Positions 63,612 to 64,000 of a DNA stretch of 64,000 nt are shown in pieces. The first letter of the stretch is position 1. Each line of letters begins with the position of its first letter. A program made the position numbers and the translations under genes. The notes under the pieces are model-generated. The model made no database searches, was not told where the DNA came from, and saw nothing but the letters and a program-made list of their open reading frames with translations. Location of the stretch: assembly GCA_003971905.1 (NCBI GenBank), contig RSEE01000036.1:310001-374000 (forward strand), in the 5' to 3' direction. Source of the stretch: Moniliella sp. 'wahieum'. Lineage: Eukaryota.

Positions 63612-64000
63612 ACGATCAGTGTCTGCTTGTCAAATGCGGCAAGGAAAAGGTCGACAAGTGGCATGTGATGCATGTGTGACATGTGATAAAGGACAGTATG
63701 TGACATTTGGGATACCAGGGTGAAAGGGTTCCAGCGTGGAACGGTGACTACGGTGGCGAAGGGGAACGGTGGCTAATAACGTGGGGACGCAGCTGCGTAC
63801 CGAGCCGGGGCGAAGCGCCAGCAGACCGGGCCGTAGACCCGGCGGTCTTCCTCGTCTGGGATATGGAACAACTAAAAGTTAAAAATGAGAAGATCAACTT
63901 CAGCGGGACAAACGGTGAAAATGGGGGACGGTAAGCTTTTGTCACATGTCATTGGAACCGGCGGGACGATAGAGTTTCATAACTATGACGTTGCTACACC

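Overview
A gene-dense, GC-rich, intron-poor fungal window. The HOG1 N-terminus, the intronless HOG1 and CCT7 genes and the short GT-AG introns with CTRAC branch points suggest a basidiomycete, most likely Ustilaginomycotina-like (inference). About 17 protein genes are visible: GH5 glucanase, CSL transcription factor, NDUFAF7/MidA-like protein, HOG1, Kin4-like kinase, FAM72, CLK-like pseudokinase, Avt3/4 transporter, SAR1, SGT1, NCS1 permease, CCT7, FAB1, MTAP/MEU1, IFA38-like reductase, a secreted protein and hypothetical proteins. There are also two intron-containing tRNAs (Val-AAC, Asp-GTC), four solo LTRs of one family with 5-bp target-site duplications (TSDs), and a CRE-clade-like non-LTR reverse transcriptase relic. 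Almost every CDS, including essential ones, has 1-2 nt indels, which I read as long-read consensus errors, so many gene ends are approximate. The most striking signal is non-coding. Intergenic DNA carries many short 7-bp-period arrays that follow one rule: a 5-mer (mostly T-[C/G]-A-x-y), then the reverse complement of its last two bases, then the same 5-mer again. Thirteen of the 16 possible x-y variants are present. Aligning the four solo-LTR copies shows these motifs appearing as copy-specific 7-nt insertions, which points to an apparently undescribed mutational process that writes palindromic heptamers into this genome.
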